Assembly: GCA_049510745.1 (NCBI GenBank)
Contig: JBEKYR010000012.1
Span: 1 to 64,000, forward strand
Direction: 5' to 3'
Length of the DNA stretch: 64,000 nt
Source: Verrucomicrobiota bacterium
Lineage (GTDB): Bacteria; Verrucomicrobiota; Verrucomicrobiia; Limisphaerales; Palsa-1400
Numbering within the stretch: the stretch's first letter is position 1; each line of letters begins with the position of its first letter. The notes beneath the pieces were generated by a model that saw only the letters and a program-made list of their open reading frames with translations, was not told the origin of the DNA and ran no database searches. The translations under genes were made by a program, and so were the position numbers. Below are positions 50,159 through 60,700 of this stretch, piece after piece.

Positions 50159-50852
50159 GAAAGAGCGGCCACTCCGGGTCGCCCAGGGACAGGACCCGTT
50201 CGGCCAGATCGTTCAACGCCAGGCGGGCCGGCTCGAAACGCTCGGCCAGGGTGTCAAACACAGACGCCAGATCATACCGCGCCGCCAGCCTGTGGGTGCT
50301 GGCCGCGCGGTAGTTTGCGCGTCCCAATTCCTGATAATAGCTCAGACCCGGCGCCCCGCTCCGTTCGGCGCGGTGGCGGATGTGCTCCGGGAACACGCCT
50401 GACAAAAACAAGGAATGATTGCCGATGTGCGCCCGGATGCAGAAGGCGGTGTGATCATCGGCCGTTTGCAGGGCGGTGAGCATTTCGAAAAAGTATTGCA
50501 GGCGCGCCGGCTGCCCGGGGACGACGCACTGCGTCCGTTCCAGGCGCGAGAATTCCGTCAACAATTCCGCCACATAATCGGCCACGTTCCGGTCCTCCAG
50601 GCCCGAGCGGCGCAAGACGTGCCGCACCAGCACGTAGAAGTACAGGTGCGGGGAGACCCGAAGACACCCGCGCTGCTCGAGCAAGGCACGAAAGAGCGTG
50701 TCATCATCAAGAATCAAATCCCGGGAATCAGGGTCCGCCAAAAGCGCGACGAGTGAAGCCGCCTCGCCTTTGTTGCGTCCAAGCACGGTCAGGATGAAAT
50801 CGACGTCATCCGCCGTGAACTGGACCCGGCAATTGGCCTGAATCACTCTCAT
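50148..50852 (-). CDS. Conserved hypothetical helical protein
   Basis: GC3-biased ORF; LYFYVLVRH, VADYVA, HIGNHSLFLSGVFP. Confidence 0.7.
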   Translation of the reverse strand: MRVIQANCRVQFTADDVDFILTVLGRNKGEAASLVALLADPDSRDLILDDDTLFRALLEQRGCLRVSPHLYFYVLVRHVLRRSGLEDRNVADYVAELLTEFSRLERTQCVVPGQPARLQYFFEMLTALQTADDHTAFCIRAHIGNHSLFLSGVFPEHIRHRAERSGAPGLSYYQELGRANYRAASTHRLAARYDLASVFDTLAERFEPARLALNDLAERVLSLGDPEWPLFLKG

Positions 50853-51049
50853 ACGCTGCCTCCGAGCATTTTTGATTCCAAACTCAACACTGACCGCATA
50901 ATTCTTTATCGGCCGGAACCCGGCTGCGCTCAAGCGGGAACCGGCGCGGAAAGACGTGATCGCTTCACGGTCAAGGAGATTGGCTGCAAAACGCTTTTTC
51001 TTTGGACGATTTGGGGCGGCGAAGGCATGATAGGGGAGACGCATTTCGC

Positions 51050-54000
51050 ATGGCCGATTTTGATGACAGGTTCTCGGTGACGCTGCCGCCAGCACTCCGC
51101 CAGCAGTTCGCCGAGGTCGAACGCCGCCTCTGGCGGGCCGAATCGACCATCGCCGTGTGCGGCGCGGCGGGCGGGCTGATGGTTTCGTTTCTGGCGCTGT
51201 TTGTCTCGGATCGATTGTGGGAGACGCCGGCCTGGCTGCGGTGGACGCTGTTCCTGCTGGGCTTGGCGGCGGCGGGGGCGGCCGGCGCAAGTTGGGCCAG
51301 GCGCTGGATTTGGCGCCGGCGCGATCTCAAGGCGCTGGCCAATCTGGTGCAAAAGAAACACCGCCGCCTGGGCGACCGCCTGCTGGGGATTGTCGAACTG
51401 GCCAACGAGGAGCGCCATTTCGTCGATTTCTCCCCTGCCCTCTATCACGCGGCCATCCACCAGGTGGCCGCCGAGGCCAAAGAACTCGACTTCCGGCAAA
51501 GCGTCAGCATGGCGGGCGCGAAAAGAGTCGCGCTCGGCGCGGGGATTGTGGCGGGTTGCGTGCTGCTGGTTTTTGCGGTGCTGCCCAGGCCGGGCTGGAA
51601 TGCGTTTGTGCGTTGGGCGCTTCCGGGCGCCGGCCTGGCGCGCTATGCGCTGGTGACGTTGGAGGGTCTGCCCGGCGAATTAATTGTCGCGCATGGCGAA
51701 CCGTTCGAGATTTCCGCCTCCGTTCATTACCGCTCTTTTTGGCAGCCGCGGCGGGTCTTGGGTCTGTGGCCGCGCCAGCCGCGGATTGAAAGCGCCGTCG
51801 AAGGGGGCCGGATTCGTTTGCGCGTTCCCGGCCAGGTCGAGCGCGGGGTGTTGGAAGTGCGGGTGGGCGATGCCCGGGCCGAAGTGAAGGTGCGGCCCAC
51901 GCATCGGCCCTCCTTGCAGGAGTTGGCGGCGGTGGTGCATCTGCCCGATTATTTGCGGTATCCCGAGCAAGAGCAACTGGTGCTTAACGGCGCTCTGCTG
52001 GCCGTGGAAGGCAGCCGGATCGCCTTTCGCGGCAAAGTCAGCCGCCCTCTTGCCGCCGCCCGGATGCAAAACGGCGGCGGGGAACCGGCGCCCCTGAAAA
52101 TTGACGGGGAAAATTTCCTCAGCGACCCGGCCCAGCCGGAGGGCGTCGCGGAGTTCACGTTCCACTGGCAGGACACTCTTGGCCTGACCAATTCCGCGCC
52201 CCTGCGGCTTTCGGTCCAAATGCAGCCCGACGCTCCGCCGGTCCCGGAAATTCCCGATTTGCCCCGGGACGTCGCCGTCCTAGATTCCGACGTGCTGCGC
52301 ATCCGCCTGCAGGCGCGCGACGATTTCGGCGTGCGCGATTTCGGTTTGACTTGGGAAATGACGGAAGATTCGCCGCGGATGGCGGTCGCGACGACGGAGA
52401 TCAAGACCCAACCCCCGTCGGCCCGCGCCAGGACGGTCGAAAAGACCTTTCTCTGGAGTCCGTCGCTCTTTCGCATCCCGGCCGGCGCGACGGTGGAGTT
52501 GCAGGGGTACGCGCGGGATTATTATCCGGAACGGGAGCGCGCGCGCACGGCGCCGCACCGGATTCACGTGTTAAGCCCCGAGGAGCACGCCGAAGCGGTG
52601 CGTCAACAATTGGAATCGGTCCTGGCGCAAGTCGAAGAAGTCACCCGCCTCCAGGAAAAAGTGGTGGCCGGCCTGGCCGAGGTCAAGGACGCCGACAAGA
52701 TGGCGGAAGCGCAGAAGTCCTCGCGTCTGGGCCAGAGCAAGGACGAGCAAATGGAGAACGCGGCGCACCTGGACCAATTGTCCCAGCAAGGCGAGCAGAC
52801 CGTGCGGGAGGCGATGAAAAATCCGCTCTTAAGCGAGGAGACCATCCGGCAATGGAGCCAGTCGATGCAACAATGGCGGCAGTTGTCGCGGGAGCAGATG
52901 CCGGCGGCCGCCCAGTCGATGCAGCAGGCGCGGCAGAACCCCGGAGCGGACAAGGAACCGCTGGCCGAGGCCTTGCGCAAGGCCGAGGAAATTCTCCGGG
53001 CGCTGGAAAAGATGGAAAGGAAAGCCAACCAGCACATGGATGACCTGCAGGCGCTGACCCTCTCGCAGCGGTTGCGCAAGGTGAGCGGGGAGGAGAAGGA
53101 CATCGCCGGCCAACTGCTGGCCAGCGCGCCGGAAACCATCGGGTTGGCGGCGCGGGATTTGCCGGAAAAACTCAAGCTCCTCGAACAGGGGCTGAGCCGG
53201 GACCAGGGCGGCGCCCAAAAGGAAACCCAAATGTTGCAGGGCGAAATCAGCCGGTTCTTCGAGCGAACGCAGAAGACGAACTACGGCCAGGTGAGCCGGG
53301 AAATGAAGGACACGCACGCGACCGACGAATTGGACCGGCTCGGCGAGTTGATCGAGAACAATATCGGGATCGAGGCATCGGACAACCTGGGCCAGTGGTC
53401 GGGGCGTTTGCAGAAGTGGAGCGAAAAACTGGAGCCACCCACTTCGAGCCAGAGCGGCGGCGGCAATTCCGGGGGCAGTCAAAAAAAGACCGATCTCACC
53501 GAACAATTGATCGCGTTGTTGCGCCTGCGGGAGAGCGAGATGAACCTGCGCGACCAAACCAGCGTTTTGGACCAGGACAAAGGCGAGCCGGCCAGTTACA
53601 AAGAGCGGGCCACCGCCCTTTCCGGCAGCCAGGAGAAGCTGGCGGGGGACTTGGATGGCATTCACCAGAAAACGCCGATCAAGGAGCTCGACCCGGCTTT
53701 TGCCGACACCGGCGGCGACATGAAGGCAGTGGCCGCGACGTTGCGGCAGCCGCAGACCGGCCCACCGGCCGACGCCGCCGAAGTGAAGACCATCGAGACG
53801 TTGTCGGATTTGATTAACTTGATTAACGAACAAGCCCAACGTCCCGGCCAACAGCCCTCGCCGTCGCAAGGCAACAATGGTACCGACGAGGAGATGCAGT
53901 TTTTGCTGCAAATGATGCGCCAATCGTCCCAGGGCAAGGCGATGGCCACGCGGCCCGCCACCGGGCTGAACAACGCGGGCGGGACGACGGACCGCGCCGG

Positions 54001-54145
54001 CGGGCGGGCGGGCGGCAACGCTGTGGGAAAAGGCGCCGCCGCGCGCGACGTGCGCAGGGCCGGCGGGATGACGGAGGAGGCGCCGGCGGAATTTCGGGAG
54101 GCGCTGGAGAATTATTTTCATGCCATTGAACAAAGCGGGCAATAG
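51050..54145 (+). CDS. DUF4175-like membrane-anchored coiled-coil protein
   Basis: 3 TM segments, LGDRLL, PDYL, ARDDFG, long Q/E-rich helices, ends PAEFREALENYF. Confidence 0.75.
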   Translation: MADFDDRFSVTLPPALRQQFAEVERRLWRAESTIAVCGAAGGLMVSFLALFVSDRLWETPAWLRWTLFLLGLAAAGAAGASWARRWIWRRRDLKALANLVQKKHRRLGDRLLGIVELANEERHFVDFSPALYHAAIHQVAAEAKELDFRQSVSMAGAKRVALGAGIVAGCVLLVFAVLPRPGWNAFVRWALPGAGLARYALVTLEGLPGELIVAHGEPFEISASVHYRSFWQPRRVLGLWPRQPRIESAVEGGRIRLRVPGQVERGVLEVRVGDARAEVKVRPTHRPSLQELAAVVHLPDYLRYPEQEQLVLNGALLAVEGSRIAFRGKVSRPLAAARMQNGGGEPAPLKIDGENFLSDPAQPEGVAEFTFHWQDTLGLTNSAPLRLSVQMQPDAPPVPEIPDLPRDVAVLDSDVLRIRLQARDDFGVRDFGLTWEMTEDSPRMAVATTEIKTQPPSARARTVEKTFLWSPSLFRIPAGATVELQGYARDYYPERERARTAPHRIHVLSPEEHAEAVRQQLESVLAQVEEVTRLQEKVVAGLAEVKDADKMAEAQKSSRLGQSKDEQMENAAHLDQLSQQGEQTVREAMKNPLLSEETIRQWSQSMQQWRQLSREQMPAAAQSMQQARQNPGADKEPLAEALRKAEEILRALEKMERKANQHMDDLQALTLSQRLRKVSGEEKDIAGQLLASAPETIGLAARDLPEKLKLLEQGLSRDQGGAQKETQMLQGEISRFFERTQKTNYGQVSREMKDTHATDELDRLGELIENNIGIEASDNLGQWSGRLQKWSEKLEPPTSSQSGGGNSGGSQKKTDLTEQLIALLRLRESEMNLRDQTSVLDQDKGEPASYKERATALSGSQEKLAGDLDGIHQKTPIKELDPAFADTGGDMKAVAATLRQPQTGPPADAAEVKTIETLSDLINLINEQAQRPGQQPSPSQGNNGTDEEMQFLLQMMRQSSQGKAMATRPATGLNNAGGTTDRAGGRAGGNAVGKGAAARDVRRAGGMTEEAPAEFREALENYFHAIEQSGQ

Positions 54146-55133
54146 AGGCAATAGAGTCTGTCTGCTGGCGGTGACGCTGGCGCTGTGCGGCGCCGTGGCG
54201 CCAGCCCAGCAATTGTACACCGGCTCGACCGGCGTGGTGGCCCGGGAGGTCGATCAAATGTACCTCAAGGGGCTGCGCTACTTGGCGCGGACGCAGGCGG
54301 CGGAAGGGAATTGGCCCGATGAGCCGCGCAACACCGAGCGGGCGATAACCGCCCTGGCGGTCCTCAGCATTTTGGCCCATGGCGACGACCCCAATTTCGG
54401 CCCGTACAGCAAGACGGTCCATCAGGGGCTGGACTACCTTTTGAAGAGCATGGACCCGGTCACGGGCTACATCGGCCCGTCGATGTACAATCACGGTTTT
54501 TCCACCCTGGCATTGGCGGAGGCTTACGGGGCGGTGGACGACCCGCGGTTGGGACCGGCCTTGGAGAAGGCGGTGCGGCTGATTGTGAACGCGCAGGCGG
54601 AAAACAGCCTGCACGCCTGGCGCTACTCGCCGGATTCGAAGGACGCCGACACGACGGTAACCGGGGCGCAAATGGTGGCGCTGCTGGCGGCGCGCAACGG
54701 GGGCGTCGCCGTGCCGGAAAAGGTCATTGAAAACGGACTGAGTTTCTTCCGCTCCTGCCAGACGCCCGACGGCGGCATCGGCTACATTTCGCCCATTGCG
54801 CCCAACGCGACGCGCACGGCCATAGGCTGCGTGGTCTTTGCCCTGGCCAAGGAGAAGAATTCGCCCGCGTTCAAAGCCGCCTTCGCGTTCCTGAAAAACG
54901 CGCCGCCGGACCCTCAATATCCGCAGTACTTTCTGTATTACGTGTCGCAGGCCTTTTTCCACGGCTCGCCCGAGTTGTGGCAAAGTTGGAACCGGGACAA
55001 CATCCGATCCCTGCGCGCCACGCAGGCCGCGGAGGGCAATTGGGAGGGACAATTCGGCGCGACCTTTGGCACGGCCGGCTCGCTGTTGTCGCTGGCCCTG
55101 AACTATCGCTACCTGCCCATTTATGAGAGATAA
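54120..55133 (+). CDS. Prenyltransferase/squalene-cyclase-repeat (alpha/alpha barrel) protein
   Basis: QxxxGxW repeats, MYNHGFSTLALAE, WRY, DTTVTG, YLPIYER. Confidence 0.85.
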   Translation: MPLNKAGNRGNRVCLLAVTLALCGAVAPAQQLYTGSTGVVAREVDQMYLKGLRYLARTQAAEGNWPDEPRNTERAITALAVLSILAHGDDPNFGPYSKTVHQGLDYLLKSMDPVTGYIGPSMYNHGFSTLALAEAYGAVDDPRLGPALEKAVRLIVNAQAENSLHAWRYSPDSKDADTTVTGAQMVALLAARNGGVAVPEKVIENGLSFFRSCQTPDGGIGYISPIAPNATRTAIGCVVFALAKEKNSPAFKAAFAFLKNAPPDPQYPQYFLYYVSQAFFHGSPELWQSWNRDNIRSLRATQAAEGNWEGQFGATFGTAGSLLSLALNYRYLPIYER

Positions 55134-56526
55134 CGCCGTCAGGGCCGGCCTGCTGTGGCTGCGCTGGCTGCCGGTCAGCCTGGCCGTTGCGGCCGCGCCG
55201 GGAGAGGCGCCCGCTGCCGCGCTCCCGGACAGCGCATCGGGCGGCAGCGTGCTGGAGTTTGTGGATGGCTCGGCCTTGCACGGGCAGTTGGAGCGGATGG
55301 ACCTGGAACACGGGCTTTGCTGGGTTTGCGCGCCAGCCCGGAGCGCGATTCATTTCCAGCCGGCGCACGTCGATGTCATCCGCTTCGCCCATGCCGACCA
55401 GGTCAACCTGGCGCCGAAGTGCCATCTGCGCTTCGCCAACGGAGATGATTTGTTCGGGGCGATCTCCAGTCTGGAAGGCGGGCAGCTTGGGTTCAGCACC
55501 TGGTTCGGAGGGACGATGAGCATTCCGAAGGCGGCGGTGCGCACCATTACGTTTCTTTCCCGCAATTACCGGATCGTTTACGAGGGTCCCTACGATGGCA
55601 ACGGCTGGGTTATCGGCAACAATGCGCCCCAAAGCTGGAGCTATCGGGATGGCTGCTTCATCGGCGCCGGTTCGGGCACACTGGGCCGCGATCTCTCCCT
55701 GACCAACTCCTCGACGGTGGAATTTGACCTTGCCTGGAACGGGTCCTACCTCTTGCTGGTGAACGTGTATAGCCGCCCGCTTGATCATCTGGAGTACAAC
55801 AGCGGATCCTATGTGGTGGAGTTTTCCCCCAAACAAGTCACCCTCCGCCACGTCCACTCGGGCGGGCTGCCCCGCAGTTTCGGGGGCGCGCCGCTCCCGG
55901 TGGACGGTGACAAAAATAAATTTCACGCGACCATCCAGTGCAACAAGGACGAGGGGACTGTGGCGGTGTTTATCAACAATCTGTTGGTGAAAAGCTGGAA
56001 GGATGAGGACGGTTTTCACGGCTCCGGCTCCGGTCTGCTCTTCGAGGAGGGATCGGCGCCGGGCACGACGGTGAAGTTGAGCAATCTCAAAGTCGCGCAG
56101 TGGGAGGGCCGTTACGAGCCGGACACAACGCTCGCGGCGACCAACGGCGACGCCATTCACTTCGTCAATCACGACCGGGCGGGAGGAAAGATCGCCGGCA
56201 TCAAAGACGGCAAGGTGACGCTGGCTTTGGAAGGGACGGTTCTGGAGGTGCCGTTGGAGCGGGTGACGCAGATCAGCTTTGCCGAGGGCAGCGCCCCGGC
56301 CGAGCCATCCGGGCCTTGGGACGTGCGCGCCTATTTTCCCGGCGGCGGCAACCTATCGTTTCAATTGGAGAAATGGGACGACAAGATGATTTCCGGCAGA
56401 AGCGCGATCTTCGGCCCGCTCGCCTTCCAGCCCGGTGCCATCCGCCAGATGGAATTCAACCTGAACCGTTCCAAGGACGACGCGGCGGCCGTGGCGGGCA
56501 AGGATTTCGAGGAACTCGATGAATAA
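55123..56526 (+). CDS. Secreted hypothetical beta-rich protein
   Basis: Signal peptide; repeated F.NGD.L.G modules; paralogue of the next gene. Confidence 0.7.
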   Translation: MRDNAVRAGLLWLRWLPVSLAVAAAPGEAPAAALPDSASGGSVLEFVDGSALHGQLERMDLEHGLCWVCAPARSAIHFQPAHVDVIRFAHADQVNLAPKCHLRFANGDDLFGAISSLEGGQLGFSTWFGGTMSIPKAAVRTITFLSRNYRIVYEGPYDGNGWVIGNNAPQSWSYRDGCFIGAGSGTLGRDLSLTNSSTVEFDLAWNGSYLLLVNVYSRPLDHLEYNSGSYVVEFSPKQVTLRHVHSGGLPRSFGGAPLPVDGDKNKFHATIQCNKDEGTVAVFINNLLVKSWKDEDGFHGSGSGLLFEEGSAPGTTVKLSNLKVAQWEGRYEPDTTLAATNGDAIHFVNHDRAGGKIAGIKDGKVTLALEGTVLEVPLERVTQISFAEGSAPAEPSGPWDVRAYFPGGGNLSFQLEKWDDKMISGRSAIFGPLAFQPGAIRQMEFNLNRSKDDAAAVAGKDFEELDE

Positions 56527-57895
56527 TTGTCGATGTCAGATCGCAGCCGGGCTGGCGGCGCTCTTTGTTGCGGTCGCGCCGGGGCGCGCGCAGCCGGCGG
56601 CCCAGGCGCTTGCCGACAGCCTGGTCTTTCGCAACGGGGATGTCCTCTATGGCAAGTTGCTGGCCATCCAACCCCGCAGCGTGGTCCGCTGGCAGCATCC
56701 GGACGCGGCGGAGCCGATCGACTTCAGTCCGGAGAGCATTGCGCAGATAGATTTTCCCGCGCACAAAGCCCTCGCCAGCCCGGCCAATGATTCCTGCCGC
56801 ATCACCTGCGCCAACGGCGACGCGCTCAATGGCAGCCTCGTGGCGGGAGATCGCGACACGGTGACGCTCGAAACGTGGTATGCGGGCAAATTGAAGCTGC
56901 CGCGCAAGGCGCTGCAATCGGTGGTGTTCACCCCTCGCGCGCCGGTTTTTTTCGCCGGCATCGAGGGCCTGGAAGGATGGACGCAGGGCAATGCGGTCAA
57001 GGCCTTTGCCGGCGAGGCCGGCGAGTGGACGTATCGCAACGGCGCGTTCTACGCGGACAAACCGGCTTCGATCGCGCGGGATTTGAAATTGCCGGACGTG
57101 GCGGAGATTCAATTTGACTTGGCTTGGAAAGGCATGCTCAACCTGGCCATCGCCTTTTACACCGATTCCCTCCAACCGATTCTCCTGACCGCCAAGGATG
57201 ACGGCCCCGACTTCGGCGGTTTTTACAGCCTCCGTTTCAACAGCACCGTCTTCATCAGCCTCATGCCCATCCGGAAAAAGGAACCGCTCCGTTCCCTCGG
57301 CGACGTGATCGTCCCGTCCCTCAACCAAAAGGACCGCGTCCATGTCGATCTGCGGGTCAGCAAGCCGGACCACCGGCTTGTTCTGTTCTTTGACGGCACG
57401 CTCGTCAAGGAGTGGAACGACCCCGGCGGCTTCGTCGGCGCGGGGACGGGCGTGCGGTTTGTCCAGAACGTCGGCAGCGCGATCAAGCTGGGAAATCTCC
57501 GCGTCGCCCAATGGAACGGCGTGCTGGATGAAGGCGCCGCCGCCCCGCCGGATGGCTCCCGCGACACGGTGTCGCTGGAATCCGGCGTCAAAATCACCGG
57601 CGACATCGAAGCCATCGCCGATGGACAATTGTCCGTCCACACCACCAGCGGCACGGTGGAGGTCCCGCTGGCCAAGGCGACCGGCATCGAATTTGCCCGT
57701 CTGGCTGGCGAGCCGTTCAAATCAGCCGCCAACACAGTCCACGCGACTTTCGTGCAAGGGGGCGCCGTCACGATGGAATTGCTGAGTTGGCGGCCCGACG
57801 CGGTCGTGGTTGCCAGCCCGGACTTCGGCAAGGCTTCGTTTGATCCCGCCGCCTTTTCACGCCTCAAATTCCTGTCGGTTGAACCGAAAAGCTGA
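56519..57895 (+). CDS. Secreted hypothetical beta-rich protein (paralogue of 55123-56526)
   Basis: Same layout: NGD modules, FDLAW, VKxWxD, KLxNLxVAQW. Confidence 0.7.
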   Translation: MNNCRCQIAAGLAALFVAVAPGRAQPAAQALADSLVFRNGDVLYGKLLAIQPRSVVRWQHPDAAEPIDFSPESIAQIDFPAHKALASPANDSCRITCANGDALNGSLVAGDRDTVTLETWYAGKLKLPRKALQSVVFTPRAPVFFAGIEGLEGWTQGNAVKAFAGEAGEWTYRNGAFYADKPASIARDLKLPDVAEIQFDLAWKGMLNLAIAFYTDSLQPILLTAKDDGPDFGGFYSLRFNSTVFISLMPIRKKEPLRSLGDVIVPSLNQKDRVHVDLRVSKPDHRLVLFFDGTLVKEWNDPGGFVGAGTGVRFVQNVGSAIKLGNLRVAQWNGVLDEGAAAPPDGSRDTVSLESGVKITGDIEAIADGQLSVHTTSGTVEVPLAKATGIEFARLAGEPFKSAANTVHATFVQGGAVTMELLSWRPDAVVVASPDFGKASFDPAAFSRLKFLSVEPKS

Positions 57896-58037
57896 AGCCT
57901 CACCCCTTTGGGGGTCTGGACGCTTCCCCTTTTATGGTGATAATTGCACGAGAAACGGAAATGCGATGTCATTTTGCCCTTCATTGCCGGTGACGACGTT
58001 CCTTGCCCGTCCCTTGCTGGCAGCGGGCGGGCGAGGG

Positions 58038-60626
58038 ATGAATCTGGGGTGGTGCGGCTTGGTCTGGCTGGGGTTGAGCTTCCCGCTTGACGCCGCCAAT
58101 GCGCCCACCGGATTGCTGTGCGACTTGCTGGAAGACCCGGAGCTGACCGTCATCACCACGGCCACGCCTCAATTTGGCTGGATCTACAATCCGTCGCTTC
58201 GCAATGACATTCAGAGCGGCTATCGAATCATTGTGGCGTCGAGCCAGACGCTCGCCAACGAAGGCCAGGGTGATTTGTGGGACACCGGCTGGGTCGGGAG
58301 TTCGGCCTCGATCAACGTGCCCTATGCCGGGGCCGCCTTGCGGACGAGCACGGATTATTACTGGAGCGTGCAAACGCAGGACAGCGCCGGCCAAATCAGC
58401 CCGCTTTCAGCAGTGCAGCACTTTCGCACGGACACGCAGTTCACCACCGGCCCGAACCTGATCTACAATGTGTCAACGAACACCTGGGCCAATCGCTATC
58501 CGATAGGGTTTGTGAGCGCGGCGCCCGCGCTCCTCACGAACACAGCGCCGGGACGTTGGTTCGCTGACTTCGGCCAGGACGCCTTCGGCTACGCGACGGT
58601 GCATCTGAACGGTTTGTTCAACGGCAGCAATGTCCAGGCGCGCTTTGGCGAGATGGCCAACGGAACGGCCGTGAACCCCAGCCCGCCGTCCGGCAGCACG
58701 GTGCGCTACGGGACCTCCGCTTTGACGCTCCAGAATGGCGACGTCGTTTATTCCGTCCGCCCGCCGTCGTACAGCGGCCAGACCATCAGCCCGCCCGCCT
58801 CCTACGGGGTGGTGATGCCGTTCCGTTACTTTGAGTTGAGCAACTGCCCCCCCGGCGCCGTCCTCACCGCGGGGGACGTGACGCAACAGCGGTTGCTTTA
58901 CCAATTCAACACGAATGCCGCCGCGTTCAGCAGTTCCAGCGCGGCGTTGAACCGGGTCTGGAATCTGTGCCGGAACTCGATGCAGGTGTTGGGTTTCGAC
59001 GGCGTCTATGTGGATGGCGACCGCGAACGCACGCCTTACGAGGCGGATTCCTACATTCACCAGTTAAGCTCCTACGCGGTGGACCGCGAATTCACGATGG
59101 CGCGCTACAGCTTCGAGTATCTGCTCTCGCACCCCACCTGGCCGACGGAATGGAAGTTCCACATGATTTTCATCGCCTGGGCGGACTATCTCCAGACGGG
59201 CAACACGGATTTGCTCGGCGCGCATTACGCCGCGCTCCAACCCGACGCCTTCACCTGGGCCGCGACCGGCAACGGCCTGATGAAAGGGTTTCCGAACTAT
59301 CCGCAAACGACCAATTCCGACATCGTGGACTGGCCGGCGGGTGACCGGGACGGATTTGTCATCACCAGCGGCAGCTACTTGAATTGGACCAATTCCGTCA
59401 ATAACGCCTTTTACTATCGGGCACTGCAAACGATGGCGAACATCGCGGCGGTCCTTGGCCGCGGCAGCGACGCGGCCACTTACAGCGCCGCCGCCGCCCA
59501 GGTTTACAGCGCCTACAACACGACGTTTTGGACCAACAGTTCGCAGAGTTACGTGGACGGCGCCGGCACCACCCATTCCGCGGCGCACGCCAACTTCTTT
59601 CCGCTCGCCTTTGGGCTGGTGCCGGCCACCAACCAGGCCGCGGCGCTGAACTACATTCACGGGCGCATCGCGGCCAATGGCGGCATGCCGCCCAGTGTCT
59701 ATGGCGCGCAATATCTGTTGGAAGCGTTGTTCGGGCAGGGCGACGCGGACACCGCGCTGGGCTTGCTGGCCACCAACGGACCGCGCGGCTGGCTGAACAT
59801 GCTCAACCTGGGTTCCACCCTAACGACCGAGGCGTGGAATTTCACCGACAAACCCAACATGGACTGGAACCACGCGTGGGGAGCGGCGGCGGGAAACCTG
59901 ATCCAACGTTTCGTCATCGGCGTGCGTCCGATCACCGCCGGTTACAGCCAATTCCTCATCCAGCCGCAGCTCGGCCAGACGCTCTCCTTTGTGCAAGGGG
60001 TCGTGCCCACCATCCGCGGGCCGGTGTCCATCCAGGCCAGCAATGGGCCGGGACTGTTTCAACTCCTGGCGACCCTTCCCGGCAACACCGCCGCCATCGT
60101 CCTGCTGCCCGCTCAGGGCGCCACCAGCCCGGCCGCCCTCCTCGACGGCGGCGTGGCGTCCGCCGTGCTGTCCAACAACTGGCTCATCGTCAGCAACGTC
60201 GGTTCAGGGCAGCACGCGCTGTGGCTGAACACCAACAACACGCCCTCGCAGAGCACGCTCTACAGCAATTGGGCGGCCGCCTGGTTCGGCACCAACGCGG
60301 CCAACCCCGCCATCGCCGGCATGGCGGCCGACCCGGACGGGGACGGGCAGAGCAACTACAGCGAATTCATTGCCGGGACCGACCCGACCAACCCGCAGTC
60401 GAAGTTTCAAATTGGCGGGGTTATCCAGTCCAACGCGCTGTCGGTCTCGCTGTCCGGGGTGGCCGGGCGCGCCTACGCCCTGCAACGGACGGCCAGCCTC
60501 GCCGCCGCCGTCTGGAGCGGCGTCGCGACCAACGGGCCGCTGGCGGCGAGCCAGACAATTGTGTTGACCGATCCGCACACGCCATCACCGGGCGCTTTTT
60601 ACCGTGTGGCCGTCAGCCTGCCGTGA
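58038..60626 (+). CDS. GH78 alpha-L-rhamnosidase-like secreted protein (start may be 57966)
   Basis: APTGLLCD, DFGQ, FRYFE, DGDRERTPYEAD, IVDWP, EAW, WNHAWG, DPDGDG. Confidence 0.87.
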   Translation: MNLGWCGLVWLGLSFPLDAANAPTGLLCDLLEDPELTVITTATPQFGWIYNPSLRNDIQSGYRIIVASSQTLANEGQGDLWDTGWVGSSASINVPYAGAALRTSTDYYWSVQTQDSAGQISPLSAVQHFRTDTQFTTGPNLIYNVSTNTWANRYPIGFVSAAPALLTNTAPGRWFADFGQDAFGYATVHLNGLFNGSNVQARFGEMANGTAVNPSPPSGSTVRYGTSALTLQNGDVVYSVRPPSYSGQTISPPASYGVVMPFRYFELSNCPPGAVLTAGDVTQQRLLYQFNTNAAAFSSSSAALNRVWNLCRNSMQVLGFDGVYVDGDRERTPYEADSYIHQLSSYAVDREFTMARYSFEYLLSHPTWPTEWKFHMIFIAWADYLQTGNTDLLGAHYAALQPDAFTWAATGNGLMKGFPNYPQTTNSDIVDWPAGDRDGFVITSGSYLNWTNSVNNAFYYRALQTMANIAAVLGRGSDAATYSAAAAQVYSAYNTTFWTNSSQSYVDGAGTTHSAAHANFFPLAFGLVPATNQAAALNYIHGRIAANGGMPPSVYGAQYLLEALFGQGDADTALGLLATNGPRGWLNMLNLGSTLTTEAWNFTDKPNMDWNHAWGAAAGNLIQRFVIGVRPITAGYSQFLIQPQLGQTLSFVQGVVPTIRGPVSIQASNGPGLFQLLATLPGNTAAIVLLPAQGATSPAALLDGGVASAVLSNNWLIVSNVGSGQHALWLNTNNTPSQSTLYSNWAAAWFGTNAANPAIAGMAADPDGDGQSNYSEFIAGTDPTNPQSKFQIGGVIQSNALSVSLSGVAGRAYALQRTASLAAAVWSGVATNGPLAASQTIVLTDPHTPSPGAFYRVAVSLP

Positions 60627-60637
60627 CGGTTTTTTTT
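60609..60637 (+). terminator. Intrinsic terminator overlapping the GH78 stop codon
   Basis: GCCGTCA-N8-TGACGGT stem followed by a T run. Confidence 0.55.
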
Positions 60638-60700
60638 GGTGTGAAATTGGTGTTTTAACTTTCGGGGGAAGCAGCTATACTGCGGGCGTACAGTTCCAAT

